Positions 61,625 to 64,000 of a stretch of 64,000 nucleotides of DNA are shown here, in pieces. The stretch is from Octopus sinensis (Eukaryota). The notes beneath the pieces were generated by a model. The model saw only the letters and a program-made list of their open reading frames with translations, had not been told where the DNA came from and searched no databases. The number at the start of each line of letters is the position of its first letter. Position 1 is the stretch's first letter. Both the position numbers and the translations under genes were made by a program. The stretch spans positions 171,616,001 through 171,680,000 of the forward strand of contig NC_042998.1 of NCBI RefSeq assembly GCF_006345805.1. Direction: 5' to 3'.

Positions 61625-62299
61625 ACGGCGTACTACACCCTTGTACTCACCTTATAGAAGGTATGTATCTAAATTTTGTACGACTCTTTATCTTTTATTC
61701 CCCCTTTCATTTTCCTTCCTTTTTCTCGCACCCCTTCTCTCACATTTATTAGCCCTCTCTTTCTTTAACTCCCACTATTTCCCACTCGCTTATCTCCCCT
61801 GTACCTTTCTCTTTCTTTTCTTATCCTTCAATCCCGCTGTTCCCGACCCATCTCTCCTCCTTCCACGTGACCGGTGTCCTACCAACCGTGATCTTTCTTT
61901 CTTAAGCCTGACTGCCGACCGTCAACACCGCTTGTGTACATCTCCCATATTCCAGCCTTTAGACTTTCACTTCATACACGCCAGCTCAATTTGATTCGTT
62001 CTCTGTCGAAAGACGCCTGTTGTTATTTCTTTTTGTTTGTATTCGTAATTGTGTACTATGTTCTCCGTTTTGTTTTTGTTGTTGTTGTTGTTTATTTGCT
62101 TTGTTGCCGTACATATTAGCTAGCTTTCTTACAAAGGGGTCTAATGCTCTTAGCTTAGACTTTTTGAGGGCCAACCAGATCGAACCATCTCAAGTGTAAC
62201 TGCCCGAAATGGTCATGACTTCTGGGACTTGACTGATGAAAGAAAGCCAAGAATGACTCGTCTTTTTTTGCCGGTCCTTCTAATTGTTGTTTCTCCTGT

Positions 62300-62670
62300 C
62301 CGCCTTTTTATATATATTCATATGATGACCGAGGAAGACCATTGCTGACCTTCAGGAACATTGTGTGCTCTAGGACTAACTTATATTTTGCATTTGCAGC
62401 TCCGTTAATGGCAAATGACCCTGTTCTTGACAAGCATACACGACAGGAAAAAAGTGTAGATCAAACGTTCCCCATTCACTACACCAGCATTGCGCTTTCG
62501 AACAGCATGCTTAATTTCTTCATGCAGAATACGTGCTTTCTCAAAAGTGTCGTCTTCCATTGTTCTCCCTGTCAGTCTCCTGCATATCACAGGCCTTTAA
62601 TGAGGACTTGACACAGTCCTTAAATAGCAGCCTTGGTTTCTGCCGGGGTCTCTTTCCATTCACAATTTCC
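62300..62670 (-). mobile_element. RTE (BovB-like) ORF2 C-terminal fragment
   Basis: GKRPRQKPRLLFKDCVKSSLKACD. Confidence 0.65.
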
Positions 62671-62688
62671 CCATATAGTATCTGCTTA

Positions 62689-63371
62689 GAAAAAGAACAG
62701 GAGTAAGAATAAGAACAAACATGAGGATGTGAATGAAGTACATCTTAGTATAATGATTCGGGTATAGCAAGGGGAAATAAGATACAGACTTCCCGTGATT
62801 TATTATAAGATCCATGTCATTTTGTCCAATCGTGGATAGGTGAATATAGTCATTCTCAGGAGGTGTTTTTCCAGAAGGGTAAATTTAGGCAGTAGTTCAA
62901 CATTATGTTTACATAGAAGTTCAGTGGTGGGTTTGAAGATATGGTCTTTGTTACGGAGGTGAAAGTTTATATGTAATGTGCCAGTTAGTAAGTGCAACGT
63001 TGCGGATGGCATGGTATTAGCAGCTTATGCCATAAGTTTATGCCATACCATCCGCAACGTGGCACCTACTAACTGGCACTCCGTAACACGGACCATATCT
63101 TCAAACCCACCACTGAACTTCTATGTAAACATAAAGTGAACTACTGCCTATATTTACCCTTCTTGAAAAAAACCCTCCTGAGAACGACGACTATATTCAC
63201 GACTGTGATGTATTATAAGATCCATGTTATTTGGACAAAATAACATGGATCTTATAATGCATCACAGGAAGTCTGTATCTTATTTCCTCTTCCTATACCC
63301 AAATCATCATACTAAGATGTACTTCACTCACATCCTCATGTTTGTTCTTATACTTACTCCTATTCTTTTTC
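62689..63371. repeat. ~680-bp imperfect palindrome (foldback) with a nested hairpin
   Basis: Arms mirror about cttatg-c-cataag at ~63025-63037; e.g. gaagttcagtggtgggtttgaagatatggtc pairs with gaccatatcttcaaacccaccactgaacttc. Confidence 0.92.
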
Positions 63372-63961
63372 CGCTCTTTTATATAAAAGACAAATACACT
63401 GTACCTGTTATTAACTGTTTCTTATATGTATTTGCCTTCCCAACCACTTAGACCCTCTGAAAAAGCCTAGAGACACATTCATCATCCGAGCCTTATCTAC
63501 CCATCCCAACAGAACACTGAAGAGATGGTGATTAGCTGGAGGATTTCGTTGCTTCTTGGCAGAAACGGCCGTAAGGAACTAGCACCGACTGACAATTTGC
63601 TCAGTTCTGTACTACTAATACATGTGTATGCATTCATATAATACATTGGAATAAATAGACATACCAGAATGTTTACCGGCTGATGTCTGTCGATTTTGTA
63701 TCCTCTCCACTGTTTTATTTGCCGTATACATCAAGGGTAAACCACTTTTTACCCCCGCCCATATATAACACTCAATTACGAGCTTGCCACGAAATAACTA
63801 ACCCTTGGGTTAGAATAATTGGGTACACTACCAGCAATATATTGGATGGGTACTATCCCTTAGTTGGTTTCTCAACCTCTAAATCACACAGATATATATA
63901 TCTGGGGTGGCTTCATTCGAAGGCTAAAGCAATGCGATCACGTGATATATATATATATATA

Positions 63962-64000
<39 letters not shown>

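Noticed and set aside
63513-63578. CTGAAGA ... GAAACGGCCGTA hammerhead candidate
   Set aside because: Palindromic stem III is present but stem II has no closing pair and stem I does not pair.

Overview
AT-rich, repeat-dense animal genomic DNA; the SINE/LINE families look octopus-like (inference from repeat recognition, not a database search). One protein-coding gene dominates the window: cytosolic GH38 alpha-mannosidase MAN2C1 on the minus strand. I reconstructed 22 coding exons by hand (ATG at 45798 to 1200, 2240 nt, about 746 codons, all GT-AG and phase-consistent); the C-terminal exons should lie beyond the left edge. Intron 14 (12179-27155) holds a ~12.5-kb satellite of 37 monomers (293-373 bp) derived from the 3' UTR of an RTE LINE and arranged as a 4-monomer higher-order repeat of ~1.37 kb. 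Intron 5 holds a 1.8-kb self-complementary 10-bp-periodic repeat. The remainder is decayed mobile elements: mariner, Tc1, Merlin-type, hAT MITE, Helitron-like, RTE, L2/Crack-like, RLE-type LINEs, Penelope-like, tRNA-SINEs and decayed hammerhead-like motifs. Near the right end are a TA-flanked MITE and a ~680-bp foldback palindrome. No rRNA, true tRNA or CRISPR array is supported. Mobile-element boundaries are approximate unless termini are quoted.
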